DNA of 64,000 nucleotides from an uncultured Actinomycetes bacterium. GTDB lineage: Bacteria; Actinomycetota; UBA4738; HRBIN12. The stretch covers positions 1,376,001 through 1,440,000 of the forward strand of contig OY969934.1 of NCBI GenBank assembly GCA_963704725.1, written 5' to 3'. The notes beneath the pieces were generated by a model. That model searched no databases, was not told the DNA's origin, and saw only the letters and a program-made list of their open reading frames with translations. The number at the start of each line of letters is the position of its first letter. Position 1 is the stretch's first letter. Of this stretch, positions 17,958-28,334 are shown piece by piece. Both the position numbers and the translations under genes were made by a program.

Positions 17958-19758
17958 GGGCGGTCCCTGGCCGGACCACGCGCGGTTCGGCGCCCAGGGG
18001 CTGGTCGTGGCCGGCGTCGCGGCTGAGGAGCTGGCGCGTCGGTACGGGACGCCGCTCCTGGTCGCGGACGAGGATCACCTGCGCGACCGGGCCCGGGCGT
18101 TCGCGACGCTGTTCCCGCACCCGCTGTACGCCGTGAAGGCGTTCTGTTCGCGCGCCGCGATCCGGATCGTCGCGGAGGAGGGCCTCGACCTCCTGGTCTC
18201 GACCGGCGGGGAGCTCGAGGCCTGCCTGCGCGCCGGGGTCCCGGGGAGCCGGATGGTCCTGCACGGCAACAACAAGTCCGACGACGAGCTCCGCCTGGCC
18301 GTCGCCACCGGGGTGCGGCTCGTGAACGTCGACAACCCCGAGGAGCTCGAGCGCCTGGAGCGGGTCGCGGCGGAGGCGGATGCGGTCCAGCCGATCATGC
18401 TCCGCGTGATCCCGGGAGTGGGCGCCGGAGCCAACGAGAAGATCGTCACGGGGGCCGTGGGGTCCAAGTTCGGCACGGCGCTGGAGCTCGTCCCCTCGAC
18501 GGTCCGCCGGGCCGTGGAGCTCGGCCACGTGCGGCTCGTGGGAATCCACTCGCACGTCGGCTCGCAGGTCCTGGAGGCCGAGCCGTACCTGGCCGAGGTC
18601 GACGTCCTGCTCGACCTGCTCATCCACCTCCGCGAGGAGGCGGGGTTCGTGGCCGAGCTCGTCGACCTCGGCGGCGGGTTCGGCGTGGCGTATACGGACG
18701 AGTCGCCGTTCGCGCTCGACGAGCTCGCGCCGGCCCTCCTCGCCCGTGTGCACGAGGGCGCCGAGCGCCGGGGGCTGCCGCCGGTCCACACGCTCGTCGA
18801 GCCGGGGCGCTCCGTCGTGGGGACGGCCATGCTCACGCTGTACCGCGTGGGAACGGTCAAGGCCTCGGCCGGCGGTCCGACGATCGTCGCCGTCGACGGC
18901 GGGATGTCGGACAACATCCGGCCGATGCTGTACGGCTCCCGCTACACGGTGGCGTTCGCCGGAGCGCCGCGAGGCGTCTCGCCGACGTCCGTCGACGTCG
19001 TCGGGCGACACTGCGAGTCCGGGGACGTGCTCGCCCGCGACGTGAAGCTGCCGGTCGAGCCGCGGCCCGGCGACCTCCTCGCGTTCGCCGCGACCGGCGC
19101 GTACACGTACTCGATGGCGAGCACGTACAACCGCGTGGGGCGCCCGGCCGTGGTCGCCGTGCGGGAGGGGACGGTCGTGCCTTGGCTCCGCCGCGAGGAG
19201 CCGGCCGACCTCGATCGGCTCGAGGCCGCCCCGCCGGCGACCCTGCCGAGGTCGCGGCCCGAGAGCATCGAGATCCGCCCGGCCCGTCCCGGCGACGCCC
19301 GGTCGTTCCTCGAGCTGTACCGGAGCGTCGCCGCCGAGCGGCGCTTCATCCAGACCGAACACGTGTCCCGCTCCGCCGGCTACTACCGGCGACGGTTCCG
19401 CCGGTCCCTCGACGACGGGGGAGCCCACCTGCTCGCCGTGGAGGGCGAGCGCGTGGTGGGAAGCCTGTCGATCCGCCGTGACCTGCAGCCCGCGATCCGA
19501 CACGTGGCGACGCTGGGGATGCTGGTCGCGGAGAGCCACCGTGGCCGGGGGATCGGAGGCGCGCTGATGGAGGAGGCGCTGCGGTGGGCGCGCCGGGTCG
19601 GCATCGAGCGCGTCGAGCTCACGGTCTACCCCCACAACGCCGTGGCGATCGCGTTGTACCGCGGGTTCGGGTTCGTCGAGGAGGGGAGGCTCGTCCGCCA
19701 CTCGAAGAAGTCGTACGGCTACGAGGACGAGATCCTTATGGCCGCGTTCCTGGACTGA
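17950..19758 (+). CDS. lysA: Diaminopimelate decarboxylase with fused C-terminal GNAT domain
   Basis: YAVKAF (PLP Lys), HGNNKS, HSHVGSQ, EPGRS, HCESGD and GAY; followed in frame by GNAT RGRGIG...NAVAIALYRGFGF. Confidence 0.93.
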   Translation: MTEGGPWPDHARFGAQGLVVAGVAAEELARRYGTPLLVADEDHLRDRARAFATLFPHPLYAVKAFCSRAAIRIVAEEGLDLLVSTGGELEACLRAGVPGSRMVLHGNNKSDDELRLAVATGVRLVNVDNPEELERLERVAAEADAVQPIMLRVIPGVGAGANEKIVTGAVGSKFGTALELVPSTVRRAVELGHVRLVGIHSHVGSQVLEAEPYLAEVDVLLDLLIHLREEAGFVAELVDLGGGFGVAYTDESPFALDELAPALLARVHEGAERRGLPPVHTLVEPGRSVVGTAMLTLYRVGTVKASAGGPTIVAVDGGMSDNIRPMLYGSRYTVAFAGAPRGVSPTSVDVVGRHCESGDVLARDVKLPVEPRPGDLLAFAATGAYTYSMASTYNRVGRPAVVAVREGTVVPWLRREEPADLDRLEAAPPATLPRSRPESIEIRPARPGDARSFLELYRSVAAERRFIQTEHVSRSAGYYRRRFRRSLDDGGAHLLAVEGERVVGSLSIRRDLQPAIRHVATLGMLVAESHRGRGIGGALMEEALRWARRVGIERVELTVYPHNAVAIALYRGFGFVEEGRLVRHSKKSYGYEDEILMAAFLD

Positions 19759-19800
19759 TCGGGTGTCCCCTGCCTCGGACCCCGTTAGCCTGATCGGAGC

Positions 19801-21165
19801 ATGGTGGGCGAACGCACCCTGAGGATCGGGCTCCTCGGCTGCGGCAACGTCGGCGCGGCCGTGGTGCGCCTGCTCGAGCGCAACCGCGAGGAGGTCGCGC
19901 GTCGCGCTGGGTGCCGGCTCGAGATCACGAGGGTCGCGGTTCGGGACCCCGCCGCGACCCGGGACGTCCCGCTCGACGTCTCGGTCTTCGTCGACGCACC
20001 GATGGCCGTGATCGAGGATCCGGACGTCGACATCGTGTGCGAGCTGATCGGAGGGATCGAACCCGCGGCGACGCTCGTGCTCGCGGCGTTCGAGCGCGGC
20101 AAGCCAGTCGTGACGGCGAACAAGGAGCTGCTCGCGACGCGCGGCCGGGAGCTGTTCGATGCCTCGGACGCCAAGGGTCTCGACCTGTACTTCGAGGCGG
20201 CCGTGGGGGGCGGGATTCCGCTCATCCGGCCCCTGAAGGAGTCGCTCACCGGCGAGCGGCTCCGCCGCGTCGTCGGCATCGTCAACGGCACGACGAACTT
20301 CATCCTCACGCGGATGTCCGAGGAGGGACGATCCTTCGACGACGTTCTGGCCGAAGCGCAACGGCTCGGCTACGCGGAGGCCGACCCTACCGCCGACGTC
20401 GACGGCCACGACGCCGCGGCGAAGCTGGCCATCCTCGCCTCGATCGCCTTCAACGCGCGCGTCGTCGCCGGCGACGTGTTCCGCGAGGGCATCTCGCGCG
20501 TGCGTACGGAGGACATCGAGTACGCGAGGCGCCTCGGGTACGTCGTGAAGCTCCTGGCGATCGCGGAGCTCGGCGACGACGAGCGCATCACCGCGCGCGT
20601 GCACCCGGCCATGGTCCCCGAGGCGCACCCGCTCGCGAGCGTTCGCGACGCGTTCAACGCCGTCTTCCTGCGGGGGCCGACGATCGGCGAGCTGATGTTC
20701 TACGGGCGCGGCGCCGGCGGCGAACCCACCGCGACGGCCGTGGTCGGAGACCTGGTCAGCGTGGCCAGGAACCGGCTTGCCCACACGCACGGGGTCGGCT
20801 GCACGTGCTTCCACGAGCGCACGATCCGTCCGATGGCCGAGATGACCGGCCAGTACTACATCCTGCTGCATGTCGACGACCGTCCCGGCGTGCTGGCCGA
20901 GATCGCGAGCGTTCTCGGCCGCAACGACGTCTCGATCAAGAGCGTGTGGCAGGAGGGGACCGGCCGCGACGCGCAGCTCGTGTTCGTCACCCACCCCGCC
21001 TTGGAGGGATCGTTCCAGCGCGCGGTTTCGGAGCTCCACGACCTCCCTGCCGTCGAGGAGGTCCGCAGCGTCCTGAGGGTGGAGGAACAGGACTCAAGCA
21101 GCGAAGCGGTAGTCCCCGGAGGAGACCTCGCGGAGCGAGGTCGCCTCCGGAAGGAAGAGGGCTGA
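19801..21165 (+). CDS. hom: Homoserine dehydrogenase with ACT domain
   Basis: [38 protein letters not shown] and ACT DRPGVLA. Confidence 0.96.
   Translation: MVGERTLRIGLLGCGNVGAAVVRLLERNREEVARRAGCRLEITRVAVRDPAATRDVPLDVSVFVDAPMAVIEDPDVDIVCELIGGIEPAATLVLAAFERGKPVVTANKELLATRGRELFDASDAKGLDLYFEAAVGGGIPLIRPLKESLTGERLRRVVGIVNGTTNFILTRMSEEGRSFDDVLAEAQRLGYAEADPTADVDGHDAAAKLAILASIAFNARVVAGDVFREGISRVRTEDIEYARRLGYVVKLLAIAELGDDERITARVHPAMVPEAHPLASVRDAFNAVFLRGPTIGELMFYGRGAGGEPTATAVVGDLVSVARNRLAHTHGVGCTCFHERTIRPMAEMTGQYYILLHVDDRPGVLAEIASVLGRNDVSIKSVWQEGTGRDAQLVFVTHPALEGSFQRAVSELHDLPAVEEVRSVLRVEEQDSSSEAVVPGGDLAERGRLRKEEG
21093..21157 (+). repeat. Motif-plus-hairpin element, copy 1
   Basis: CTCAAGCAGCG, then hairpin 21116-21150, then AAGGAAG; same layout at 33136-33210. 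Confidence 0.5.
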
Positions 21166-22217
21166 TGGCGCGTCCCTGGCGCGGCGTGATCGAGGAGTAC
21201 CGGGACCGGCTTCCTGTGACCGAGCACACCCCGGTGATCACGCTGTGCGAGGGCGGCACGCCGCTCGTCCGCTCGGAGCCGCTGTCGGCCGAGACGGGAT
21301 GCGAGGTCTGGCTGAAGTACGAGGGCGCCAACCCCACGGCCTCGTTCAAGGACCGGGGGATGACGCTCGCGATCAGCAAGGCGGTCGAGGCCGGCTCCAA
21401 GGCGGTCGTGTGTGCCTCGACCGGCAACACGAGCGCGAGCGCCGCGGCCTACGCGGCGAAGGCCGGCCTCACCTGCGCGGTCCTGGTGCCGAAGGGCAAG
21501 ATCGCCATGGGCAAGATGGCCGCCACCCTGGTCCACGGCGCCCAGGTCCTCGAGATCGAGGGGAACTTCGACGCCTCGCTCGAGGTGGCGAAGGAGCTCG
21601 CCGAGCGGTACCCGGTCACGCTCGTCAACTCGGTCAACCCCTACCGCATCCAGGGGCAGAAGACGCTGGCGTTCGAGGTCGTCGACGCGCTCGGTCGAGC
21701 CCCCGACCTCCATTGCGTGCCGGTCGGCAACGCGGGGAACATCTCGAGCCACTGGCGCGGCTACTCGGAGTACCTGGCGGACGGCGTGATCCACGAGCCG
21801 CCGCGGCTGTTCGGCTTCCAGGCCGCGGGAGCCGCGCCGCTCGTCAGCGGGGTCCCCGTGCCGAACCCCCAGACGATCGCCACGGCGATCCGCATCGGGA
21901 ACCCGGCCTCGTGGGACATGGCCCTCGGCGCAGCGAAGGAGTCCGAGGGCGGCATCCTCGCCGTCACCGACCGCGAGATCCTCGCGGCGTACCGCCGCGT
22001 CGCCCACGAGGGCCTGTTCGCCGAGCCGGCCTCGGCGGCGAGCGTGGCCGGCCTGCTGCGCCTGGCCGCGGAGGGCATCCTCAACCCCGGCGCCACTGTG
22101 GTCTGCGTTCTCACCGGCCACGGGTTGAAGGATCCCGAGTGGGCCATCACCGGCGCCGCGCGTCCCCGCACGGTGGGTGCCGACGCGCACGCCGTCGCCG
22201 AGGAGCTCGGGCTCTAG
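21165..22217 (+). CDS. thrC: Threonine synthase
   Basis: [27 protein letters not shown] and LTGHGLKDP. Confidence 0.96.
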   Translation: MARPWRGVIEEYRDRLPVTEHTPVITLCEGGTPLVRSEPLSAETGCEVWLKYEGANPTASFKDRGMTLAISKAVEAGSKAVVCASTGNTSASAAAYAAKAGLTCAVLVPKGKIAMGKMAATLVHGAQVLEIEGNFDASLEVAKELAERYPVTLVNSVNPYRIQGQKTLAFEVVDALGRAPDLHCVPVGNAGNISSHWRGYSEYLADGVIHEPPRLFGFQAAGAAPLVSGVPVPNPQTIATAIRIGNPASWDMALGAAKESEGGILAVTDREILAAYRRVAHEGLFAEPASAASVAGLLRLAAEGILNPGATVVCVLTGHGLKDPEWAITGAARPRTVGADAHAVAEELGL

Positions 22218-22234
22218 GAGCCCGATCGCCGCCG

Positions 22235-23107
22235 ATGCGTCTGACCGCCCGCGTTCCGGCCACCTCCGCGAACCTCGGCCCGGGGTTCGACTGTTTCGGA
22301 TTGGCCCTCGACCTGTGCAACGAGGTCACGATCGACACCGACGCCGAGCCGGGAGTGTCGTGGGACGGCGAGGGCGCCGACGAGCTCCCCACCGACGGCA
22401 CCGACCTGGTGAGCTCGGCGATGCTGCGCGCCGCCGCGGACCTGGGGGGACTCCTGCCCGCGCTCTCCGTGCGTGCGAAGAACCGGATTCCCCTCGAGCG
22501 CGGCATCGGCTCGTCCGCTGCCGCGCGGGTGGCCGGCGTGGCGCTGGCCACCCGCCTCCTCGATCCGGAGACCGCCGACGACCAATTCCGAGTGTTCTCG
22601 GTCGTCGCAGAGCTCGAAGGTCACCCGGACAACGCGGCGGCTGCGGTCTTCGGCGGTTTCACGATGGTGCTGGGCGGCCGGGCCCCGCTCGTCCGGCGAT
22701 TCGACCCTCACCCGGGGCTTCGACCGGTTCTCCTCGTCCCCGATGGGATCCGGATATCGACCGCCGCTGCCAGGCAAGCGCTCCCCGATCACGTTCGGTT
22801 CCGTGATGCCACCATCAACGCGGCGCGCTCCGCATTGACCGCCGCGGCGATTGTCGGCGAGCCCGATCTGCTGTTCCCGGCGATGGTGGACAGGCTGCAC
22901 GAGGACGAACGCCTTTCCCTGGCCCCGGCCGCGCGCGCGGTCTTCGACCGGATCCGGGAGGCGGGCTTCGCCGTGTGCGTCTCCGGCTCCGGTCCGTCGT
23001 TGCTGGCGTTCGACAGTCGGCACGGTCGCGTCCCCGACCCGGGCGAGGGCTGGCAGGTCCTCCGGGTCCCGGTTCGATCGACCGGATTCGAGATCGCCGA
23101 AGGCTGA
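22235..23107 (+). CDS. thrB: Homoserine kinase
   Basis: VPATSANLGPGFD, IPLERGIGSSAA, EGHPDN and SGSGPS. Confidence 0.95.
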   Translation: MRLTARVPATSANLGPGFDCFGLALDLCNEVTIDTDAEPGVSWDGEGADELPTDGTDLVSSAMLRAAADLGGLLPALSVRAKNRIPLERGIGSSAAARVAGVALATRLLDPETADDQFRVFSVVAELEGHPDNAAAAVFGGFTMVLGGRAPLVRRFDPHPGLRPVLLVPDGIRISTAAARQALPDHVRFRDATINAARSALTAAAIVGEPDLLFPAMVDRLHEDERLSLAPAARAVFDRIREAGFAVCVSGSGPSLLAFDSRHGRVPDPGEGWQVLRVPVRSTGFEIAEG

Positions 23108-23145
23108 AGGTACCGAGACCGAGTGACGATGTGTGAGGGATGCCG

Positions 23146-23174
23146 TTGAACGCCCACAGGACCGACCCTAGACT
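23146..23174 (+). promoter_or_regulatory. sigma70-type promoter
   Basis: TTGAAC-N17-TAGACT. Confidence 0.6.
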
Positions 23175-23189
23175 CGCCCCCGACCTCCG

Positions 23190-25388
23190 ATGACGACGGA
23201 CCCACACGGCCGCGACGACGACGCCGCGCAGGGATCCGAGCTGTCGGGAGCCAAGCCCGTCGTCGTCACCGACCTCGCGAGCAAGACCCTCGCGGTGAAG
23301 GAAGGCGACACCTTCCTCTACTCCGATCTCGAGGGGAACCTCGACCACGGCGGCGACTACGGCCTCGGCCTGTACGCCAAGGACACGCGGTTCCTCTCGC
23401 ACTTCAAGATGACGATCAACGGCCGGCCCCCGGTCCTGCTGTCGTCGTCGTCCGAGCGCGGCTACATGTCGCACGTCGACCTGACCAACCCCGACCTGTA
23501 CGACGACGAGGTCGTCACCGTCCCGCAGCAGACTCTCAACCTCCGCCGCATCCGCGCCATCAACGGCCGGATGTTCGAGCGCGTCCGGGTGAAGAACTAC
23601 AACCCGTTCCCCGTCACGCTCGACCTCGAGTTCCATCTCGGCGCCGACTTCGCGGACATCTTCGAGGTGCGCGGCATGACCCGGGAGGCGGGGCCCGCGC
23701 CGCGGCCTCCGGTGGTGCGCGACGGCGTGATCGAGTTCGTGTACGACGGTCGCGACGACCTCCGCCGCACCACGCGGATCGAGTTCGCCGGGCTGCCGGA
23801 TCGCATCGACGTCCACGGGCTGCTCGCGACCGCGGTCTTCCGCATTCACCTCGGCCCCTACCAGACCAAGCTCGTCGGGCTGTCCATCGATCCCGTCATC
23901 GAGGACGGGAGCCCGTCGTCGACGGACTTCGACCACGCGGTCCACGAGCTCCGCCGGTCGTACGAGGAATGGGAGCGGGAGTCCACCGAGATCGTGACGG
24001 ACAACGAGCTCTTCAACGAGCTGCTGGCGCGGAGCCGGCGCGACCTCAGGGTCCTCCACACCGACACCGACGGCGGCTCGGTCCTGGCCGCGGGCATTCC
24101 CTGGTACGTCACCGTCTTCGGTCGCGACGCGCTGATCGCCTCCCATCAGCTCTTGCTGGTGAACACGCGCCCGGCCCGCGAGGCGCTCGAGCTCCTCGCC
24201 GCCAAGCAGGGCACGACGATCGACGACTGGCGCGACGAGCAGCCGGGCAAGATCCTGCACGAGATCCGCCATGGCGAGTTCGCGCGCGCCGGGATCATCC
24301 CGCACACGCCGTACTACGGGTCGGTGGATGCGACGCCGCTGTTCGTCCTCCTCTACGCGATGCACCTCCGGTGGACCGGCGACGTCTCGTTCGCCGAGAA
24401 GCTCCTGCCGGCGGCCGAGGCGGCGCTCGGATGGATCGACCAGTACGGCGACGTGGACGGCGACGGTTTCGTCGAGTACCAGACACGCTCGTCTCGCGGG
24501 ATCCGCAACCAGGGATGGAAGGACTCGCACGACTCGGTCGTTCACGCCGACGGTCGCCTGGCCGAGCCCCCCATCGCGCTGGCGGAGGTGCAGGGATACG
24601 TGTACCTGGCGAAGCTGCGGATGACCGACGTGTATCGGGCGCTCGGTCGCCATGCGGACGCGCGGCGCCTGGTCGATGAGGCCGCGGCGTTGAAGCTCCG
24701 GTACAACGAGGCGTTCTGGATGGAGGACGAGCACTACTTCGCGCAGGCGCTCGACGCCGACAAGCGGCAGGTGCGCACCGTGACGTCCAACCCGGGCCAC
24801 GGTCTCTACTGCGGGATCGTGGACGACGACAAGGCCGTGCCGCTCGCCCGGCGCTTGCTCTCGCCCGACATGTTCTCGGGCTGGGGCATCCGGACGATGA
24901 GCAAGGCGGCCGCGGCGTACAACCCGATGAGCTACCACAACGGCTCGGTCTGGCCGCACGACAACGCGCTCATCGCTGCCGGCTTGAAGCGCTACGGCTT
25001 CGCCCGGTCGACGAACCGGGTGGCCACGGCGATGTTCGACGCGGCCGTGCAGGCCGACTACATGCGCCTCCCCGAGCTCTTCTGCGGGTTCACGCGCCGC
25101 ACGCCGAACCGCCCGGTCAGCTACCCGGTCGCGTGCTCACCCCAGGCGTGGGCCGCCGGATCGCCGTACCTCATGCTGCAGGCGATCCTGGGGATCTCGG
25201 CCCGGGCCCACGAGAACCTCCTCACGGTGAACCTCCCGCACCTCCCCACGTGGCTCAACACCGTCGAGGTGCGCAACATCCGGGTCGGCGAGAGCCGCAT
25301 CAGCATCGTGTTCCGGCGCGAGGGGGAGATCACGTCGTTCTCGCTGCTGGCGCGCGAGGGCGACGTGCGTGTGGTGATGGAGGAGTAG
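23190..25388 (+). CDS. Amylo-alpha-1,6-glucosidase-like (alpha/alpha)6 glycoside hydrolase
   Basis: AAGIPWYVTVFGRD, EQPGKILHE, YYGSVDATPLF, NQGWKDS, YHNGSVWPHDN and LPELFCG. Confidence 0.9.
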   Translation: MTTDPHGRDDDAAQGSELSGAKPVVVTDLASKTLAVKEGDTFLYSDLEGNLDHGGDYGLGLYAKDTRFLSHFKMTINGRPPVLLSSSSERGYMSHVDLTNPDLYDDEVVTVPQQTLNLRRIRAINGRMFERVRVKNYNPFPVTLDLEFHLGADFADIFEVRGMTREAGPAPRPPVVRDGVIEFVYDGRDDLRRTTRIEFAGLPDRIDVHGLLATAVFRIHLGPYQTKLVGLSIDPVIEDGSPSSTDFDHAVHELRRSYEEWERESTEIVTDNELFNELLARSRRDLRVLHTDTDGGSVLAAGIPWYVTVFGRDALIASHQLLLVNTRPAREALELLAAKQGTTIDDWRDEQPGKILHEIRHGEFARAGIIPHTPYYGSVDATPLFVLLYAMHLRWTGDVSFAEKLLPAAEAALGWIDQYGDVDGDGFVEYQTRSSRGIRNQGWKDSHDSVVHADGRLAEPPIALAEVQGYVYLAKLRMTDVYRALGRHADARRLVDEAAALKLRYNEAFWMEDEHYFAQALDADKRQVRTVTSNPGHGLYCGIVDDDKAVPLARRLLSPDMFSGWGIRTMSKAAAAYNPMSYHNGSVWPHDNALIAAGLKRYGFARSTNRVATAMFDAAVQADYMRLPELFCGFTRRTPNRPVSYPVACSPQAWAAGSPYLMLQAILGISARAHENLLTVNLPHLPTWLNTVEVRNIRVGESRISIVFRREGEITSFSLLAREGDVRVVMEE

Positions 25389-25397
25389 GCGGGGCCC

Positions 25398-26156
25398 TCA
25401 GGGCCGGACGATCACGGGCGTGCCGAGCCGAAGGAGCGGCCGGAGCCTGGCCAGCGCCGCCTCCGAGACCCGGAGACACCCGGCGCTGGCCGACGTGCCG
25501 ATCGAGGAGGCGTCGTTGGTCCCGTGGATCGCGAGCTGGTCGCCGCCGGTCCACCCGGACGGCAGCCGGGGCTGGATCCCCGAGATGCCGAACGCGAACG
25601 TCCCGAGCGATCCGCCGCCCGGGAACGCGATGCGGTCGGTGACGAAATACCGGCCGGCGGGGGTGGGGGAGGCCGCCGCGCCGGTCGCCGCGGGCGTACG
25701 CAGGATGACCCGGCCCCCGCGTCGCACCGCGAGCCGGTGCGCGGACAGGTCCGCCACCACGGTGACCCGCGTCCCGGATCGCTCGAGCCCGCGAAGGCGG
25801 ATCCACCCGGAGACGTGCGTTGCGAGGTACGGCACGTCGACCAGCCCGAACCGCCCGTTCGCGCTCACCCGGCGGACCCACGCTACCGTCTGCGTGCCGT
25901 AGAAGCGGGAGCCGTCGGGCATCGTGCCGACGACCCGCCCGCCGTCCGGGCGGGCGGTGACGGGCAACGAGCGATCGATCTCGACGAGGAGGGCCGCCGG
26001 AACACGGCTCGCCGGAACGTGAGCCGGGGCGAGCGGCGGCACCGGTGGGTCGGCCAGGATCGCGGCCCGCGCCTCGGTGCCGCGGGTACCTGTGGCGATC
26101 GTCACCAGGGTGACGATCGCCACGATGGCGAGCCCCCGCTTCCGCGCCGGTCCCAT
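25398..26156 (-). CDS. L,D-transpeptidase (YkuD family)
   Basis: Signal peptide; TPAGRYFV and AIHGTN...SAGCLRV catalytic motif. Confidence 0.88.
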   Translation of the reverse strand: MGPARKRGLAIVAIVTLVTIATGTRGTEARAAILADPPVPPLAPAHVPASRVPAALLVEIDRSLPVTARPDGGRVVGTMPDGSRFYGTQTVAWVRRVSANGRFGLVDVPYLATHVSGWIRLRGLERSGTRVTVVADLSAHRLAVRRGGRVILRTPAATGAAASPTPAGRYFVTDRIAFPGGGSLGTFAFGISGIQPRLPSGWTGGDQLAIHGTNDASSIGTSASAGCLRVSEAALARLRPLLRLGTPVIVRP

Positions 26157-26277
26157 GCACGCGATATCGGCGCCTCGGGACGCAGGGCTGACCGGGTGGC
26201 GGCGCGTCTAGCCGAAGGTCCTCACCCGCGATCCCGGAAGGCCTCGACCCATCGGCCGACCCGGGCCGGGACCGAGG

Positions 26278-27459
26278 TCAGCGAAGGCAGGCGCCGGTGC
26301 CGACCGGGTCGGTCTCGCCGACGGCGTCGTCCAGGCGATCCCGCACGTCGCGAGCCGCTATCGCGTAGCCGACGTCCTCGTTCGTCGACGAGGCCGCGAA
26401 GACGACGCCGGCGACCGTGCCGTCCGCCAGCATGAACGGCCCTCCGGAGTTCCCCGGGCGGACCTCCGTCTGCAGCTCGATCACCAGACGGTCGACGTTC
26501 CCGGTCCCGTAGATGTCGTGCCCGAGGGCGGAGTACGAACGGAGCACGGCCGCGGGCGTGCCCGACAGTGGCCCGCCCCCGGGGTAGCCGAGGACCGCCC
26601 CGACCTCGCCCCGCTCGACGTCCCCCGAGGTGAGCACCAGGATGCGACCGATCGGCTGGCCCACGTGCACGACGGCCAGGTCCAGGTCGGGGTCGAAGAG
26701 CACGGTCGTCCCGTGCTGGGTCCCCCCGGCCGAGGTCTGCACGATCGGATCGTCCACGCCGGCCAGGACGTGCGCGTTCGTGACGACGTACCCGTCGGCG
26801 GCGACGAAGCCGGATCCCTCCTGCACGTGGCCGCAGGCCTCCCCCCAGATCTCCAGCGTGCTCCGGGCCGCGGCGTTGTAGGCGGCCTGCTCCTGCCGGT
26901 CGGTGGGCGGCGGGACGGGGGCGGCCGGCAGCGGCGGGATCCCCGAGAAGACGTCGGGGAAGCCGAACCGGTTGAAGAAGCGCCGGACCTGCCCGAGCAG
27001 CGAGGGCGGCTCGGGGAGCGCGTCGTCGAGCGTGCGCACGATCGCGGAGCCCCGGACCTCGCTGGCCAAGCCGGGGAAGGGGCCGTTGACCAGGTTCAGC
27101 GCGACGAACCAGATCGCCAGCAGCGAGGCCATCACCGCGACGACCGATCCCCCCACGGCGTCGGCGGGCGCGAACCGCGTGGCGCGCGCCCGCTCCCTGA
27201 TGCGATGGCCGAGGAACCATCCCGCCGTGTCGCCGACGGCCGCCAGGAGCAGGAGGGTCAGAGCGGTCAGGCCCGCCTGGGCGCCCGGCGAATCGGCCAG
27301 CCCCGCCACCCGCGGCGCGAGGAGCGCGCCGACGACGAGTCCCACGAGCAGACCGCCGAACGCGCACGCCTGCAGCATCACGCCGCGGCGGTAGCCGGAC
27401 ACGCCGGCGAGCGAGATCAGCAGGAACAGGGCCAGATCGAGCAGGTTCACGACCCGCAC
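26278..27459 (-). CDS. MarP-type membrane serine protease (CvpA-like TM region plus trypsin domain)
   Basis: Four TM N-terminus; VTNAHV, DLAV and GNSGGP triad; paired Cys. Confidence 0.9.
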   Translation of the reverse strand: MRVVNLLDLALFLLISLAGVSGYRRGVMLQACAFGGLLVGLVVGALLAPRVAGLADSPGAQAGLTALTLLLLAAVGDTAGWFLGHRIRERARATRFAPADAVGGSVVAVMASLLAIWFVALNLVNGPFPGLASEVRGSAIVRTLDDALPEPPSLLGQVRRFFNRFGFPDVFSGIPPLPAAPVPPPTDRQEQAAYNAAARSTLEIWGEACGHVQEGSGFVAADGYVVTNAHVLAGVDDPIVQTSAGGTQHGTTVLFDPDLDLAVVHVGQPIGRILVLTSGDVERGEVGAVLGYPGGGPLSGTPAAVLRSYSALGHDIYGTGNVDRLVIELQTEVRPGNSGGPFMLADGTVAGVVFAASSTNEDVGYAIAARDVRDRLDDAVGETDPVGTGACLR

Positions 27460-27530
27460 ATGGTCCCAAAGCGGCGACCCGTCGGCCGTGCCGGCTCCGG
27501 CGGCAGCCCTCCACTAGACTGGAAGCGGCC

Positions 27531-28334
27531 GTGGTCACGATCGCCCACATCTCGGACCCTCACGTCGGTTCCCCCTACTTCGTCCCCAACCTGATGCACC
27601 GCGTGATCGTCGAGCTGAACGAGCTGCAGCCCGACGTCGTGATCTGCAGCGGAGACCTGACCAACGAGGGGTATCGGCAGGAGTTCAAGAACTGGGTCGC
27701 GTACGCCCAGCGGATCCAGGCCCCCATGTTCACGGTCCCCGGCAACCACGACGCTCGCAACGTGGGCTACCTCCACTTCGAGGAGCTGATCGGCGCCCGC
27801 GCCTGGAGCACCGACGTCCAGGGTGTGCGCATCGTCGGCGTCGACTCCAGCGAGCCCGACATCAACGAGGGGCAGGTGGGCCGCGAGCGCTACGACTGGA
27901 TCCGGGAGCGCTTCGACGTCCCGGCGGACCTCAAGGTGTTCGTGCTGCACCACCACCTCCTGCCGATCCCGGGCACGGGCCGCGAGCGCAGCACGGTGAT
28001 GGACGCCGGCGATCTGCTGGAGGAGCTGATCTCGGCCGGGGTGAACATCGTGCTCTCCGGTCACAAGCACGTTCCGTACGTGTGGCGGCTCGAGGACCTG
28101 TACGTCGCGAACGCTGGGACCGTCGCCTCGCTCCGCGTCCGCGGCTACACCAAGCCGTGCTACAACGTGCTCGAGTTCGAGGGGGACCTGGTCAAGATCA
28201 CGCGGAAGTACCCGTTCGGCGCGGGGAGCGTGATCGCGCATTTCTCGCTGTCCACCGGCGAGCAGTTCTTCCGAGAGCTCGAGCCGCCGGTGCAGCCGCG
28301 GACCACGGTGTCGCAGGGGCATCAGGGGGAATAA
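27531..28334 (+). CDS. Calcineurin-like metallophosphoesterase (CpdA/Icc-like)
   Basis: HISDPH, SGDLT, PGNHD, LHHH and SGHKH motifs; TAGACT upstream. Confidence 0.9.
   Translation: MVTIAHISDPHVGSPYFVPNLMHRVIVELNELQPDVVICSGDLTNEGYRQEFKNWVAYAQRIQAPMFTVPGNHDARNVGYLHFEELIGARAWSTDVQGVRIVGVDSSEPDINEGQVGRERYDWIRERFDVPADLKVFVLHHHLLPIPGTGRERSTVMDAGDLLEELISAGVNIVLSGHKHVPYVWRLEDLYVANAGTVASLRVRGYTKPCYNVLEFEGDLVKITRKYPFGAGSVIAHFSLSTGEQFFRELEPPVQPRTTVSQGHQGE

Noticed and set aside
22207-22225. Hairpin tcgggctc-tag-gagcccga over the thrC stop as a terminator or readthrough signal
   Set aside because: Short, no U-tract, and thrB follows in a different frame with its own ATG
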